Shown piece by piece: positions 10,157 through 19,657 of a stretch of 64,000 bases of DNA. The stretch lies in the IMG/VR virus record IMGVR_UViG_3300008111_001118, one strand, 5' to 3'. Made by a program: the position numbers and the translations under genes. Each line of letters starts with the position of its first letter. Position 1 is the stretch's first letter. The DNA comes from a virus (taxonomy: Duplodnaviria; Heunggongvirae; Uroviricota; Caudoviricetes). Below the pieces are notes generated by a model. It saw only the letters and a program-made list of their open reading frames with translations, did not search any database and was not told the origin of the DNA.

Positions 10157-11596
10157 ATACAGCGGAATAAATTTTGTTATTCCGTTGACATTTACTTCCA
10201 ACCAACTGTCTGGGTTTGATGTATTAGCAGGAGATTTAGAAGTTTCTCCTACAACAGTAACATCTTTAATTACACTTTTTAAATGCCCATCTGAATTTAT
10301 AGACAATGCTTCGGTTAATTCGCCTGCATTGTTAGAAACTTTTATTGAAAAATGACCCGGTACCTTTCCTGACGAAACAATTGCATTGCTAGAAACAGAC
10401 GTTTCGATTAAAGCAACTGGTACACACGAAATACTATAATTAGTGCCACTTTGAGCACCAAATATAATACTTTGTATTCCGTCTCCGGGTTGTACAGGCT
10501 CTGGGTTAGAAATAGATCCTCTAGTTTTAATAAGAGCAAGAGTTCCTGGGAGATTACTGTCTTTTGACACACAAATAGTCAACGGGCCGTAATCGTCGTT
10601 GATGTCTTTGTCTGAAACAAATAATGCAGTACCGCTACTTCCAACATCTTTATCACCTACTTGAAAGTTATTAAATCTTTGAATATCCGATACAACGTTT
10701 CCGAAAAAATTTCCATAAAACGTATTAGTTTGATAATCGTAACTAATTCCGTTGGTTTCGGATAACAAGTTTGCTTTAATAATCTGTATATCAGTATCTA
10801 AAATAACTTCACCGAGATTGTTATAAACATTTCCTGCAAACGTTCCTACAAACTCGCCGACGATAGAATCAGTTACTACAATATCTTCAGCATTGATTTT
10901 TTTAACAACTAGTTCGTTTAACTCTGCAGAGTTAGTAAAAGAATCGTACATAAGATTCCCATTTGCATTATAAACATTGCCTTTGACATTTCCGTAGATG
11001 AGGTTATTTACTTCGAGATCATCTAACCGTAAACTGTTGCTATTTGAATCATAAACAGTATCGCCTGCGTGATCAACAATATTGCCTAAAAAATTACCAA
11101 TGAATATTTTGTTTTCCGAATCAAGTACCATGGTTCCGTTTTCGTCAGCAACATTTCCAAAAAATATTCTTTGATTTTTATCAACAATTATATTTCCAAA
11201 TTCGTCAACTACGTTTCCAACAACATTACCATGGAATAATTTTTCATTCTTGTCGACAACCAAATTTCCAATATCATCAACAATATTTCCAAGAACATTA
11301 CCGTAGAATATTTGTTGTGAGTTGTCGATGACTATATTTCCTGAGTCGTCAAGAACATTACCGGTAACATTACCGTAGAATGTTTTTTCTGAAATATTAA
11401 GAACTACATTTCCTAAGTCGTCGATTACATTTCCAACAAAATTTCCGTGGAAAGTTTTGTTTTCGTAGTCAACTATGATGTAATCGTCAACATCGACTAT
11501 GTTGGCTTTGATAATACCTCTAAAGCTATCTACTATAAGAGTACTGTCCATACCTTCAATATTAATTCTATATGACGCACCATCGTAAAGTTCCAT
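10151..11596 (-). CDS. Putative virion fibre/structural protein with internal repeats
   Basis: Gly/Asn/Val/Asp-rich with 24-aa repeats. YRINI.G.DST motif is shared with 40877..42505. AGGAG SD and upstream TAAATA. Confidence 0.65.
   Translation of the reverse strand: MELYDGASYRINIEGMDSTLIVDSFRGIIKANIVDVDDYIIVDYENKTFHGNFVGNVIDDLGNVVLNISEKTFYGNVTGNVLDDSGNIVIDNSQQIFYGNVLGNIVDDIGNLVVDKNEKLFHGNVVGNVVDEFGNIIVDKNQRIFFGNVADENGTMVLDSENKIFIGNFLGNIVDHAGDTVYDSNSNSLRLDDLEVNNLIYGNVKGNVYNANGNLMYDSFTNSAELNELVVKKINAEDIVVTDSIVGEFVGTFAGNVYNNLGEVILDTDIQIIKANLLSETNGISYDYQTNTFYGNFFGNVVSDIQRFNNFQVGDKDVGSSGTALFVSDKDINDDYGPLTICVSKDSNLPGTLALIKTRGSISNPEPVQPGDGIQSIIFGAQSGTNYSISCVPVALIETSVSSNAIVSSGKVPGHFSIKVSNNAGELTEALSINSDGHLKSVIKDVTVVGETSKSPANTSNPDSWLEVNVNGITKFIPLYS
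11039..11458 (-). repeat. Six tandem coding repeats of 24 aa / 72 bp (one is 20 aa)
   Basis: KTFHGNFVGNVIDDLGNVVLNISE, KTFYGNVTGNVLDDSGNIVIDNSQ, QIFYGNVLGNIVDDIGNLVVDKNE, KLFHGNVVGNVVDEFGNIIVDKNQ, RIFFGNVADENGTMVLDSEN, KIFIGNFLGNIVDHAGDTVYDSNS. Confidence 0.85.
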
Positions 11597-11615
11597 GTTT
11601 CTCTCCTAGACACTT

Positions 11616-11621
11616 TATTTA
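11616..11621 (-). promoter_or_regulatory. Late promoter box TAAATA for the fibre gene
   Basis: TAAATA-aagtgtct-AGGAG-agaaac-ATG on the minus strand. Confidence 0.55.
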
Positions 11622-11629
11622 TTTGATAT

Positions 11630-11658
11630 TTGACATCAATAGTTTTTTATGTTACTAT
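11630..11658 (+). promoter_or_regulatory. Sigma70-type promoter
   Basis: TTGACA (11630-35), 17 nt, TACTAT (11653-58); ATG 7 nt downstream at 11666. Confidence 0.7.
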
Positions 11659-11665
11659 ATACAAT

Positions 11666-13309
11666 ATGTTTGATATATTCTATGTACAGTCTTCTGATAA
11701 TCTTTCGAATTGGAAAAAACTAAAATCTAGATTTCCTATAGCCAAGCGTGTAACAAGTTTTGCAGATGCTAAAGAATTAGCATTAACAAAATTTTTTTGG
11801 ATAGTGTGGGATGACTTAGTTATTTCGGAACAATTTAATTTTGACTACATTCCAGATCAGTGGAGCGAAAATTATGTCCATGTATTTAAAAATGCCGAAC
11901 ATCGTGATGGAATAATTCTAGTCTCAAAGAATGTTAGTATTACCAACAACGAAATTAAACATAGATTTTTTATCAAGAAAAAAGAAATAGATTTACAAGC
12001 GTCTAGTCCTAAAAACTTTGACTATTATGAAGTTGAAACATACAGTGATTACTTAACTGCATTAGAAAAATCCACTACAGAACTGTTTTGGGTCAGTTCT
12101 CCTAACATACTAGTAGACAACAACTTAATCCACAATTTTTATATATCGCATCACGAACAAATCGATCGCAAACAAAATCATGCGTTTGTACATTTAGTTG
12201 ATGATGTAAAATACTATAATGGGTTATTTTTGTGCAGCAAATATGCCCCACTTACGCAAAAAGAAGTTGACTATAGACATGTAGTTAATAGAAAAGAATG
12301 GGATATTGTAGGAAGTGGTCCTATAAAGTACGATATTTTTAATGTTAAAAATTATGATGATTATCTAACAGCATTAAATACTTCGCATACTGAAATGTTT
12401 TGGATCGTACCAGACTATGTAAATCCAACAGAAAGATTCAAGTACGATACGTATTTTACACACGATCAAGAATTCGAACGCAAGATAAATCATACATTTT
12501 TAAACGGAAAATATCATGACGGTATTTTACTGTGCAGTAAATATGCAAAATTTAGCAAACGAGAGTTTGATTATAAGTTTATTGCAAATAAAAAAGAAAT
12601 CAACATTATTATATCAACACCTAAGCCTTATGATATTGTGTTTATCAGTTATCAAGAACCTAGTGCTGATGAATACTACCGGTATCTAGCGAATAGATTT
12701 CCACATGCAAAACGAGTTCACGGTGTAAAAGGAATTCATCAAGCACATATCGAGGCAGCAAAACTATGCGATACTGATATGTTTTGGATTGTGGACGGAG
12801 ATGCTTTGATTGACTCGAATTTTAAATTCGACTATCAAGTTGCAAGATGGGACCGCGACACAGTGCATGTATGGAGGTCGGTTAACCCTATCAATGACCT
12901 AGTATACGGATACGGTGGTGTAAAACTGTTTCCAACAGAATTGACTTTAAATATGGATACAAGCAAGCCCGACATGACAACCAGTATTAGCAGTAAGTTT
13001 AAAGCAGTACAGGAAATATCAAATGTTACCGGTTTTAATACAGATTCATTTAATACTTGGAAAAGTGCATTTAGAGAATGTGTTAAACTAAGTAGTAGAG
13101 TTATTGATCGTCAAAAGGACGACGAAACACAGACTAGATTACAGACGTGGTGTACAAAAGGTGCAGATCGTCCATTTGGCAAATATGCAATTGATGGTGC
13201 TAAGTTGGGTGCAGTATTTGGTGCAAGAAATAAAGGCAATCTCGAAATGTTAAAAAATATCAACGATTTTGATTGGTTAAAGGAACAGTTTGATGCTAGA
13301 AATATATGA
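11666..13309 (+). CDS. Glycosyltransferase-like (GT-A) protein with four tandem modules
   Basis: The last module has DIVFISY, GIHQAH, FWIVDGD (DxD) and YGYGGVKL. Three degenerate copies precede it. Confidence 0.65.
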   Translation: MFDIFYVQSSDNLSNWKKLKSRFPIAKRVTSFADAKELALTKFFWIVWDDLVISEQFNFDYIPDQWSENYVHVFKNAEHRDGIILVSKNVSITNNEIKHRFFIKKKEIDLQASSPKNFDYYEVETYSDYLTALEKSTTELFWVSSPNILVDNNLIHNFYISHHEQIDRKQNHAFVHLVDDVKYYNGLFLCSKYAPLTQKEVDYRHVVNRKEWDIVGSGPIKYDIFNVKNYDDYLTALNTSHTEMFWIVPDYVNPTERFKYDTYFTHDQEFERKINHTFLNGKYHDGILLCSKYAKFSKREFDYKFIANKKEINIIISTPKPYDIVFISYQEPSADEYYRYLANRFPHAKRVHGVKGIHQAHIEAAKLCDTDMFWIVDGDALIDSNFKFDYQVARWDRDTVHVWRSVNPINDLVYGYGGVKLFPTELTLNMDTSKPDMTTSISSKFKAVQEISNVTGFNTDSFNTWKSAFRECVKLSSRVIDRQKDDETQTRLQTWCTKGADRPFGKYAIDGAKLGAVFGARNKGNLEMLKNINDFDWLKEQFDARNI

Positions 13310-14210
13310 ATTACTAGATAGATTTGAATTACTGTATCCATATAATACAAAACTATCTGACTTACGTAGATCTTATATCGATCGTGATTTAACCAGTATT
13401 TTTAGATTATTGCCTAATACAGTATCTGGTGATATCGACGATTTACGAAAAGCAGTGTTAGAAAAAAATCTACACAGTATCTTTAGACTTGTTGATGACG
13501 AAGATTTACGTAAATTAGTTATCGAAGACAATGTATGGAAACTATGGCCTATTCTTGAAAGATATGTTGATACACAGTTTGTTGCTGCATTTAAAAACTT
13601 TTTTGTTAACAATATAAAAATTGACCCCGATTGTTTTAGTAGAGGACAACTTCAAAGTAAATTATGGTTAGTTGAACAACTAAAAAAGTGTGACGTAGAT
13701 TTAGGCACAGTATTTTTATGTGCAGGTTGGTATGGAACACTAGCAGTGATGCTATTTGAAAGCGGTATAAAAGTTGAAAAAATTCGTAGTTTTGACATAG
13801 ATACTACAACTGTTGATATAGCAGAAACATTTAACAAGCCGTGGTTCACAGATCAATGGTGTTATAAAGCCTTAATAAATAATATTCACGATATTGATTA
13901 CAAAGAGCATACATGGCAATATTGGAGTAACACTAATAATAGAATGAGTTATCCTATAACTGATACGCCAAATACTATCATTAATACTAGTTGTGAACAT
14001 ATAGAAAATTATGCAGAATGGTATAATAAAATACCTCTAGGAAAACTAGTTGTGTTACAAGGAAATAATTATTTTGAAATCTTAGAACACGTTAATTGTT
14101 CAAGTAATCTCCAAGAATTTAGTAATAAATCTCCTATGACAAAAACACTCTACGAAGGCGAATTAGAATTGCCTAAATATAAAAGGTTTATGAAAATTGG
14201 ATTTAGATAA
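13293..14210 (+). CDS. Class I SAM-dependent methyltransferase-like protein
   Basis: FLCAGWYG, IRSFDID, INTSCEH; N-terminal DLR..SIFRL repeats. Confidence 0.6.
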   Translation: MLEIYELLDRFELLYPYNTKLSDLRRSYIDRDLTSIFRLLPNTVSGDIDDLRKAVLEKNLHSIFRLVDDEDLRKLVIEDNVWKLWPILERYVDTQFVAAFKNFFVNNIKIDPDCFSRGQLQSKLWLVEQLKKCDVDLGTVFLCAGWYGTLAVMLFESGIKVEKIRSFDIDTTTVDIAETFNKPWFTDQWCYKALINNIHDIDYKEHTWQYWSNTNNRMSYPITDTPNTIINTSCEHIENYAEWYNKIPLGKLVVLQGNNYFEILEHVNCSSNLQEFSNKSPMTKTLYEGELELPKYKRFMKIGFR

Positions 14211-14421
14211 GTTAAGTTTACGAGAACTGCAAACAGAGTGTGCAAGAGCACTAAGTACAATGCAAGCAACAAATAACAATATAACTCAATTTAATAAAGT
14301 AGCACATCACGATAGTCAACGTTGGTATCGAGCAGTTATAACTTGGTATGTCGAACAATATGGCGATTTACCTAGTAAAACAGGACCTGGGAAGGACGTA
14401 ACGTTAATACACGATGTATGA
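14197..14421 (+). CDS. Small hypothetical protein
   Basis: 74-aa ORF overlapping both neighbours in operon fashion. Confidence 0.55.
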   Translation: MDLDKLSLRELQTECARALSTMQATNNNITQFNKVAHHDSQRWYRAVITWYVEQYGDLPSKTGPGKDVTLIHDV

Positions 14422-15493
14422 ATATAAAGATATAAGAACAATACACTTAGAAGTCACACAGAATTGTCAAGCAAGTTGTCCTATGTGCGATCGTAATCAA
14501 AACGGTGGCGCATTAAATCCTCACATTAATTTAGATGAACTTACAATTGGTGATGTCAAACGTATATTTACACCCGAGTTTATTGCACAGTTAAATACTA
14601 TGTATATGTGCGGCAATCTAGGAGATCCTATTGTTGCTCGAGATACTTTAGAAATCTTTACATATTTTAGAGAACACAATCCTAATATGTGGTTGAGCAT
14701 GAATACCAATGCTGGTGCAAAAACTCCTGCATGGTGGCATGCACTTGCTAAAACTCTAGGAACAAATGGTGCAGTTATATTCAGTGTTGACGGATTAAAA
14801 GATACAAATCATATATATCGTCAGGGAGTAAACTGGGACAATGTTTATCGTAGTATGAAAGCATTTATCGCTGCCGGCGGCAGAGCTCGTTGGGACTTCC
14901 TTATATTTGAGCACAATCAGCACCAAGTAGATGAGGCAAAAGAACTTTCGCAAACAATGGGGTTTGAAAAGTTTGTTGCTAAAAAAACTGGAAGATTTAT
15001 AAGTGCTAACAGCGAAAAGAAAGAAACCCATCAAGCAGTAGATCGCAAAGGCAATCAAACAACAGAACTTAAAAAGCCTGAAGAAAAATATGTTAACAGT
15101 GCTTTGAAAAAGCAAACAATGTTAGAAATAAAATACGGTAGCATGGATAATTACTATGAACAAACTCCTATTCGTTGTAAAGTTAAAGACGAAGGTAGTT
15201 TGTTTATTACTGCCGAAGGATTAGCCTTGCCTTGCTGTTGGACTGCCGGGCGTATGTACAAGTGGTGGAACAAAGATCCTAAACAAGAACAGATATGGAA
15301 ATTTATAGAGTTTGCAGGTGGCAAGGATGCTATCAATGCTAAAATTCATGGGTTAGAACGTGTATTTAAAACAGAGATATTCACTCTTATAGAAGATTCG
15401 TGGCAAGAAACTAGTTATGAATCGGGCAGACTTAAAGTATGTGCAATGAAATGTGGAATCGAGTTTGACCCATTTGCAGAACAATTTAAATAA
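14414..15493 (+). CDS. Radical SAM protein with C-terminal twitch/SPASM-like domain
   Basis: CQASCPMC, GNLGDP, FSVDGL..TNHIYR, PCC..CAMKC; paralogue of 5267. Confidence 0.85.
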   Translation: MYEYKDIRTIHLEVTQNCQASCPMCDRNQNGGALNPHINLDELTIGDVKRIFTPEFIAQLNTMYMCGNLGDPIVARDTLEIFTYFREHNPNMWLSMNTNAGAKTPAWWHALAKTLGTNGAVIFSVDGLKDTNHIYRQGVNWDNVYRSMKAFIAAGGRARWDFLIFEHNQHQVDEAKELSQTMGFEKFVAKKTGRFISANSEKKETHQAVDRKGNQTTELKKPEEKYVNSALKKQTMLEIKYGSMDNYYEQTPIRCKVKDEGSLFITAEGLALPCCWTAGRMYKWWNKDPKQEQIWKFIEFAGGKDAINAKIHGLERVFKTEIFTLIEDSWQETSYESGRLKVCAMKCGIEFDPFAEQFK

Positions 15494-15503
15494 GAGATGA
15501 TTG

Positions 15504-16523
15504 ATGACAAAATATTATGAGTATAATGATATAAATTTTATTGATATCGAAATAACAAATTTTTGTAATGCATCTTGCGGAGCATGTGACAGAAATGTCG
15601 ATGGCGGTGAAGTACGACAAAATCTTAAATTAATTCATATGACTGATGATACATGGAATTCATTGATTTCTACTGTCAATTTACATAACATTAAAAAAAT
15701 AACACTCGACGGTAATGTCGGCGATGCTAGTATGCATCCGAATTTAATTAACATGCTCAACAAACTTGCAGACGTTAAGCCGGACATGTTTTTAAAAGTA
15801 GCAACAAACGGCGGTGCAAGAAATATACAATTTTGGAAAGAACTTTCTACAGTTTTAAAAAGATTTGATGATCATCAAGTAACATTTGCAATCGATGGAC
15901 TAAAGGATACAAATCATATTTATAGAAGAAATGTAAATTGGGAAAAACTTATAGAAAATGTAACCGCTTTTAACGAAGATCCTCAGAGTATATCTGCTTG
16001 GAGATGCATTATATTTGGTCATAACAAACACCAAATAAATGATATGTTAAACTTAGCGCAAAAATTAGGATTTTCATCATTTAGAACAGAACGAAATAGA
16101 GTAACACCGATAACTCTTCAATCATACAAAAAGCTCCCTGGCGGAATTATTACATCTCCAACCCGTGATGAATTTATAAAAAGATATAAACTATACAAGC
16201 AATTTAAAAACATTTATAATAGAACAGAGATTGATGAAATATATGATAAAACATATAATTGTCCTTTTGGACAACAAAGATTAGTATCTATGGATGTTGT
16301 TGGAAATATATGGCCATGCTGCCACATATATAGTAATTATCTTAATCGATATGCGGCATTTCCATGGGACATATGGAACGATAAAAACAATATAAACACT
16401 AAAGACTTAAAACAAATTTTACAGTTTATACAACAAACGCTCTACAAAGATTGGAAAAAGAATGAAAATGCAATTTGCAATACATGCTCAAGTAGAACAA
16501 ATTCTGCTATTAGATATAATTAA
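15504..16523 (+). CDS. Radical SAM protein with C-terminal twitch/SPASM-like domain
   Basis: CNASCGAC, GNVGDA, TNGG, FAIDGL..TNHIYR, WPCC, CNTC. Confidence 0.85.
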   Translation: MTKYYEYNDINFIDIEITNFCNASCGACDRNVDGGEVRQNLKLIHMTDDTWNSLISTVNLHNIKKITLDGNVGDASMHPNLINMLNKLADVKPDMFLKVATNGGARNIQFWKELSTVLKRFDDHQVTFAIDGLKDTNHIYRRNVNWEKLIENVTAFNEDPQSISAWRCIIFGHNKHQINDMLNLAQKLGFSSFRTERNRVTPITLQSYKKLPGGIITSPTRDEFIKRYKLYKQFKNIYNRTEIDEIYDKTYNCPFGQQRLVSMDVVGNIWPCCHIYSNYLNRYAAFPWDIWNDKNNINTKDLKQILQFIQQTLYKDWKKNENAICNTCSSRTNSAIRYN

Positions 16524-16528
16524 GAATT

Positions 16529-17548
16529 ATGATAAATCTTTACAAGTTTGAAACAATAAAAAAGATTGAAATTGACTGTACTTCTTTCTGCAATGCATTT
16601 TGCGGTGCTTGTGATAGAAATATAAATGGTGGAAAAACTGTAAATAATTTAAATTTAACAAATTTATCTTTAGAAACTTGGCATAAATTAATCACCAAAG
16701 AAAATTTACAATTTGTTAACGAAATAATTTTTAATGGAAATTTTGGTGATTTTAGTATGCATCCAAAATTTATAGAAATGCTAGAACATTTAGTTGATAC
16801 TAAAAAAGATATCTATGTTAACTTACATACAAATGGAGGTGCAAGAGACAATTCTTTTTGGACTAACTTGGCAATTGTTTTACAAAAATTTTCCAAACAC
16901 GATGTTAAGTTTGGCATAGATGGATTAGAAGATACTCATGATCTATATCGTAGGGGAATTGATTGGAAAAAGCGGATTGAAAATTTAAAAACATTTAATA
17001 AACACGGCGGCAATAGTATATGGAAATGTATTGTGTTTGATTATAACATTGATCAATTAGATACTATTAGTAGTTTTGCAAACAGTATAGGATGCATGGC
17101 TTTTCAAACAAACCGTAATAGATCGATTCCGCTTGACATGGACGAATATAAAAGTTTTCCTAAGATGACACTAACTTCCCCTACTCTAAACGAATTTAAT
17201 GAAAATTATAAAAGAAAAGATGTATTTAAGAAACAAGTCAATACACCAACTACTGATGCAGAATTTGTAATTACAGAAAAAATACCATGTCCTTATGCAT
17301 CAGAAGGAATGATACAAGTTGATCCATGGGGAAATCTGTGGCCTTGTTGCTATATAAGTGGCAGACAAGTAGATAAAAAAACTAATTTTAACTATACTAA
17401 ATATATTGGAAAAAACAATATATTAACATCGAGTCTTAAAGAGATACTAGATTTCTTCAAAGACGATTTATATAATTCTTGGAGCAAACAGTCGATTGAC
17501 TTGTGTAATAATTGTTCAGGAATTAAAAAACCAACACCGGTATATTAA
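16529..17548 (+). CDS. Radical SAM protein with C-terminal twitch/SPASM-like domain
   Basis: CNAFCGAC, GNFGDF, TNGG, WPCC, CNNC; tandem paralogue of 15504. Confidence 0.85.
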   Translation: MINLYKFETIKKIEIDCTSFCNAFCGACDRNINGGKTVNNLNLTNLSLETWHKLITKENLQFVNEIIFNGNFGDFSMHPKFIEMLEHLVDTKKDIYVNLHTNGGARDNSFWTNLAIVLQKFSKHDVKFGIDGLEDTHDLYRRGIDWKKRIENLKTFNKHGGNSIWKCIVFDYNIDQLDTISSFANSIGCMAFQTNRNRSIPLDMDEYKSFPKMTLTSPTLNEFNENYKRKDVFKKQVNTPTTDAEFVITEKIPCPYASEGMIQVDPWGNLWPCCYISGRQVDKKTNFNYTKYIGKNNILTSSLKEILDFFKDDLYNSWSKQSIDLCNNCSGIKKPTPVY

Positions 17549-17550
17549 TA

Positions 17551-18675
17551 ATGAACACATATTGTAATTTAGTAAACACTGGGCTTTATGTTTCTACAAG
17601 AGGAGAAGTAGGGCACTGTTGTATACAAAAAAACAGGCACGATTTAAAATGGAACAACGATAGCGACGTAAATAAATTTTACAAAGAAGATCCGCGTTTA
17701 TCAGAAATAAGACAAGATTTAAATCATCAAAATATAAGAAATTTAGCATGTCAACAATGCTGGAATGCTGAGAATTCTGGTATTATAAGCAAAAGGCAAC
17801 GAATAAACAACGGCGAGATAATAAAAGAGCCCGAGTTACAGCACTTGGATTTAAGACTTAGTAACAAATGTAATTTACAATGTCGAATGTGTTCTGCGTC
17901 TGAAAGTAGTCAAATTGAAAAACTGGCATACGAATTAAAGGATCCTATATTGCTAAATTTTTCAAAAACTCGTTTACAAGACCATCATAACTTATCGAGT
18001 TTTTTAAATAGCTTTTTAAATGTTAAAACACTTAAAACAATCCGTTTTGCAGGCGGCGAACCTTTTATAATGGAAGAAGTTGACGAATTTTTGTCAAGAT
18101 TAATTGAAAATGATATGACACATCTTGAAATTGAATTTATAACTAATTGTACAAGTGCAAGAACAAAAGTAATCAACAAGTTAGAAAAATTTAAAAGAGT
18201 GGTGTTGGGTTGCAGTATAGATGGAATAGCCGATGAATTTGAGTATCAACGATATCCTGCAAAGTGGTCATCAGTTGAAAAAAACTTTATAAAATTTTAT
18301 AATAGTAATCTTCATGTGAACATAACCCCGTGTGTTAGTTTTCTTACATATTTAACTTTAGATAAATTTTTTAATTGGGCTAATCAATTTCCTAAATCAA
18401 AGGTTTTTTATAACGAAGTTGACAAACCGTTTATGGATTTTAGATTAATTCCGATTGAGCATAGACAAGACTTTATAAGTAGATTTAAAAATATAAAATT
18501 TAAAAATGCACAAAGCAATTGGCTACAGTTTCAAGAAACTTTGATGTACGAAGAAAAAACTTTGTCTAAAGAAGATAAACAACTTTTAAAACATTATATT
18601 GGTATTTGGGATTATCGAACAAACAAACAATTTCTAGAATCATATACATGGGCAGAAAACTTAATAAATGAGTAA
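17551..18675 (+). CDS. Radical SAM protein with N-terminal twitch-like domain
   Basis: CNLQCRMC, GGEPF, TNCT, SIDG; N-terminal HCC..CQQC. Confidence 0.85.
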   Translation: MNTYCNLVNTGLYVSTRGEVGHCCIQKNRHDLKWNNDSDVNKFYKEDPRLSEIRQDLNHQNIRNLACQQCWNAENSGIISKRQRINNGEIIKEPELQHLDLRLSNKCNLQCRMCSASESSQIEKLAYELKDPILLNFSKTRLQDHHNLSSFLNSFLNVKTLKTIRFAGGEPFIMEEVDEFLSRLIENDMTHLEIEFITNCTSARTKVINKLEKFKRVVLGCSIDGIADEFEYQRYPAKWSSVEKNFIKFYNSNLHVNITPCVSFLTYLTLDKFFNWANQFPKSKVFYNEVDKPFMDFRLIPIEHRQDFISRFKNIKFKNAQSNWLQFQETLMYEEKTLSKEDKQLLKHYIGIWDYRTNKQFLESYTWAENLINE

Positions 18676-19615
18676 ACTTTATAAGATAGAAACAGTAAAC
18701 AATATTTTAGTAGTAGACTGGATATTGTCTAATGTATGTAATTACAAGTGCAGTTATTGCGGCCCCGACAGCAACGGCGGCGATCAATATTGGCCAGATA
18801 TAGAAAATTGCGAAATAGCAATAAAAAAAATAACAGAACAGAGTAAGCACGATCATAGAATTTATACTATATTAGGAGGAGAGCCTACGGTTTGGAAAAA
18901 TTTTACTAAATTAGCACAACTAATAAAAGAAAATGATCCAAATAGCATGGTAAACATTTTAACAAATGGATCAAGGACTATGAATTGGTGGAATAAAACA
19001 AAACCTTTTCTAGATAAAGTATCGATAAGTTTTCATCATGAAAATGCAAATGTTGATCATATTATTGACGTAGTTAATAATATAAAAACTGATTGCCAAA
19101 CAAATATTCAAATATTAATGGATATAAATTATTTTGATAAATGTGTTAAAATTTTTGAAACATTTAGAGATAACACAGACGTTCCGATTCAAATAAAAAA
19201 ATTACAAATCGAGTTTGGAAAACATCAGTGGATGCTGTATACAGAAGATCAAAAAAAACTAATGATGGAATTGCACTTACAAACCTCCGGAAGACCAGCA
19301 TCAAAAAGAAACAAAACCAGCCTAGGAATTAATTGTTTCTATGACGATGGTACTGTGATAAGACAGGGTAATCACGAATTAATACAAAAAGGCTTAAATA
19401 ATTTTTATAATTGGAAATGTAACATTGGTCAGGATTTGCTTGTTATAAAGCCTAACGGAAACATAATACCGGCAAATGCTTGCAATAATAATATAATACT
19501 AGGAAATATAAAAAATGATCCGGAAAGTATTAAATTACTTACAGAAAGTGTTATTTGCAAATACAAAGAATGCACTTGTGGTAGTGACATTGAGATTACT
19601 AAAATAGCACACTGA
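18668..19615 (+). CDS. Radical SAM protein
   Basis: CNYKCSYC, GGEPT, TNGS, C-terminal Cys cluster (WKC..AC..CKYKECTC). Confidence 0.85.
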   Translation: MSKLYKIETVNNILVVDWILSNVCNYKCSYCGPDSNGGDQYWPDIENCEIAIKKITEQSKHDHRIYTILGGEPTVWKNFTKLAQLIKENDPNSMVNILTNGSRTMNWWNKTKPFLDKVSISFHHENANVDHIIDVVNNIKTDCQTNIQILMDINYFDKCVKIFETFRDNTDVPIQIKKLQIEFGKHQWMLYTEDQKKLMMELHLQTSGRPASKRNKTSLGINCFYDDGTVIRQGNHELIQKGLNNFYNWKCNIGQDLLVIKPNGNIIPANACNNNIILGNIKNDPESIKLLTESVICKYKECTCGSDIEITKIAH

Positions 19616-19647
19616 TTCAATAATAAAAAACAAAAATAACCGAGTAA

Positions 19648-19653
19648 TAAATA
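19648..19653 (+). promoter_or_regulatory. Late promoter box TAAATA
   Basis: Lies in the intergenic gap, 4 nt before ATG 19658. Confidence 0.5.
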
Positions 19654-19657
19654 TTGC

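Noticed and set aside
11039-11458. CRISPR-like array
   Set aside because: The 72-bp repeats are degenerate, in frame and protein-coding, with no constant repeat/unique spacer structure. No cas genes are present.
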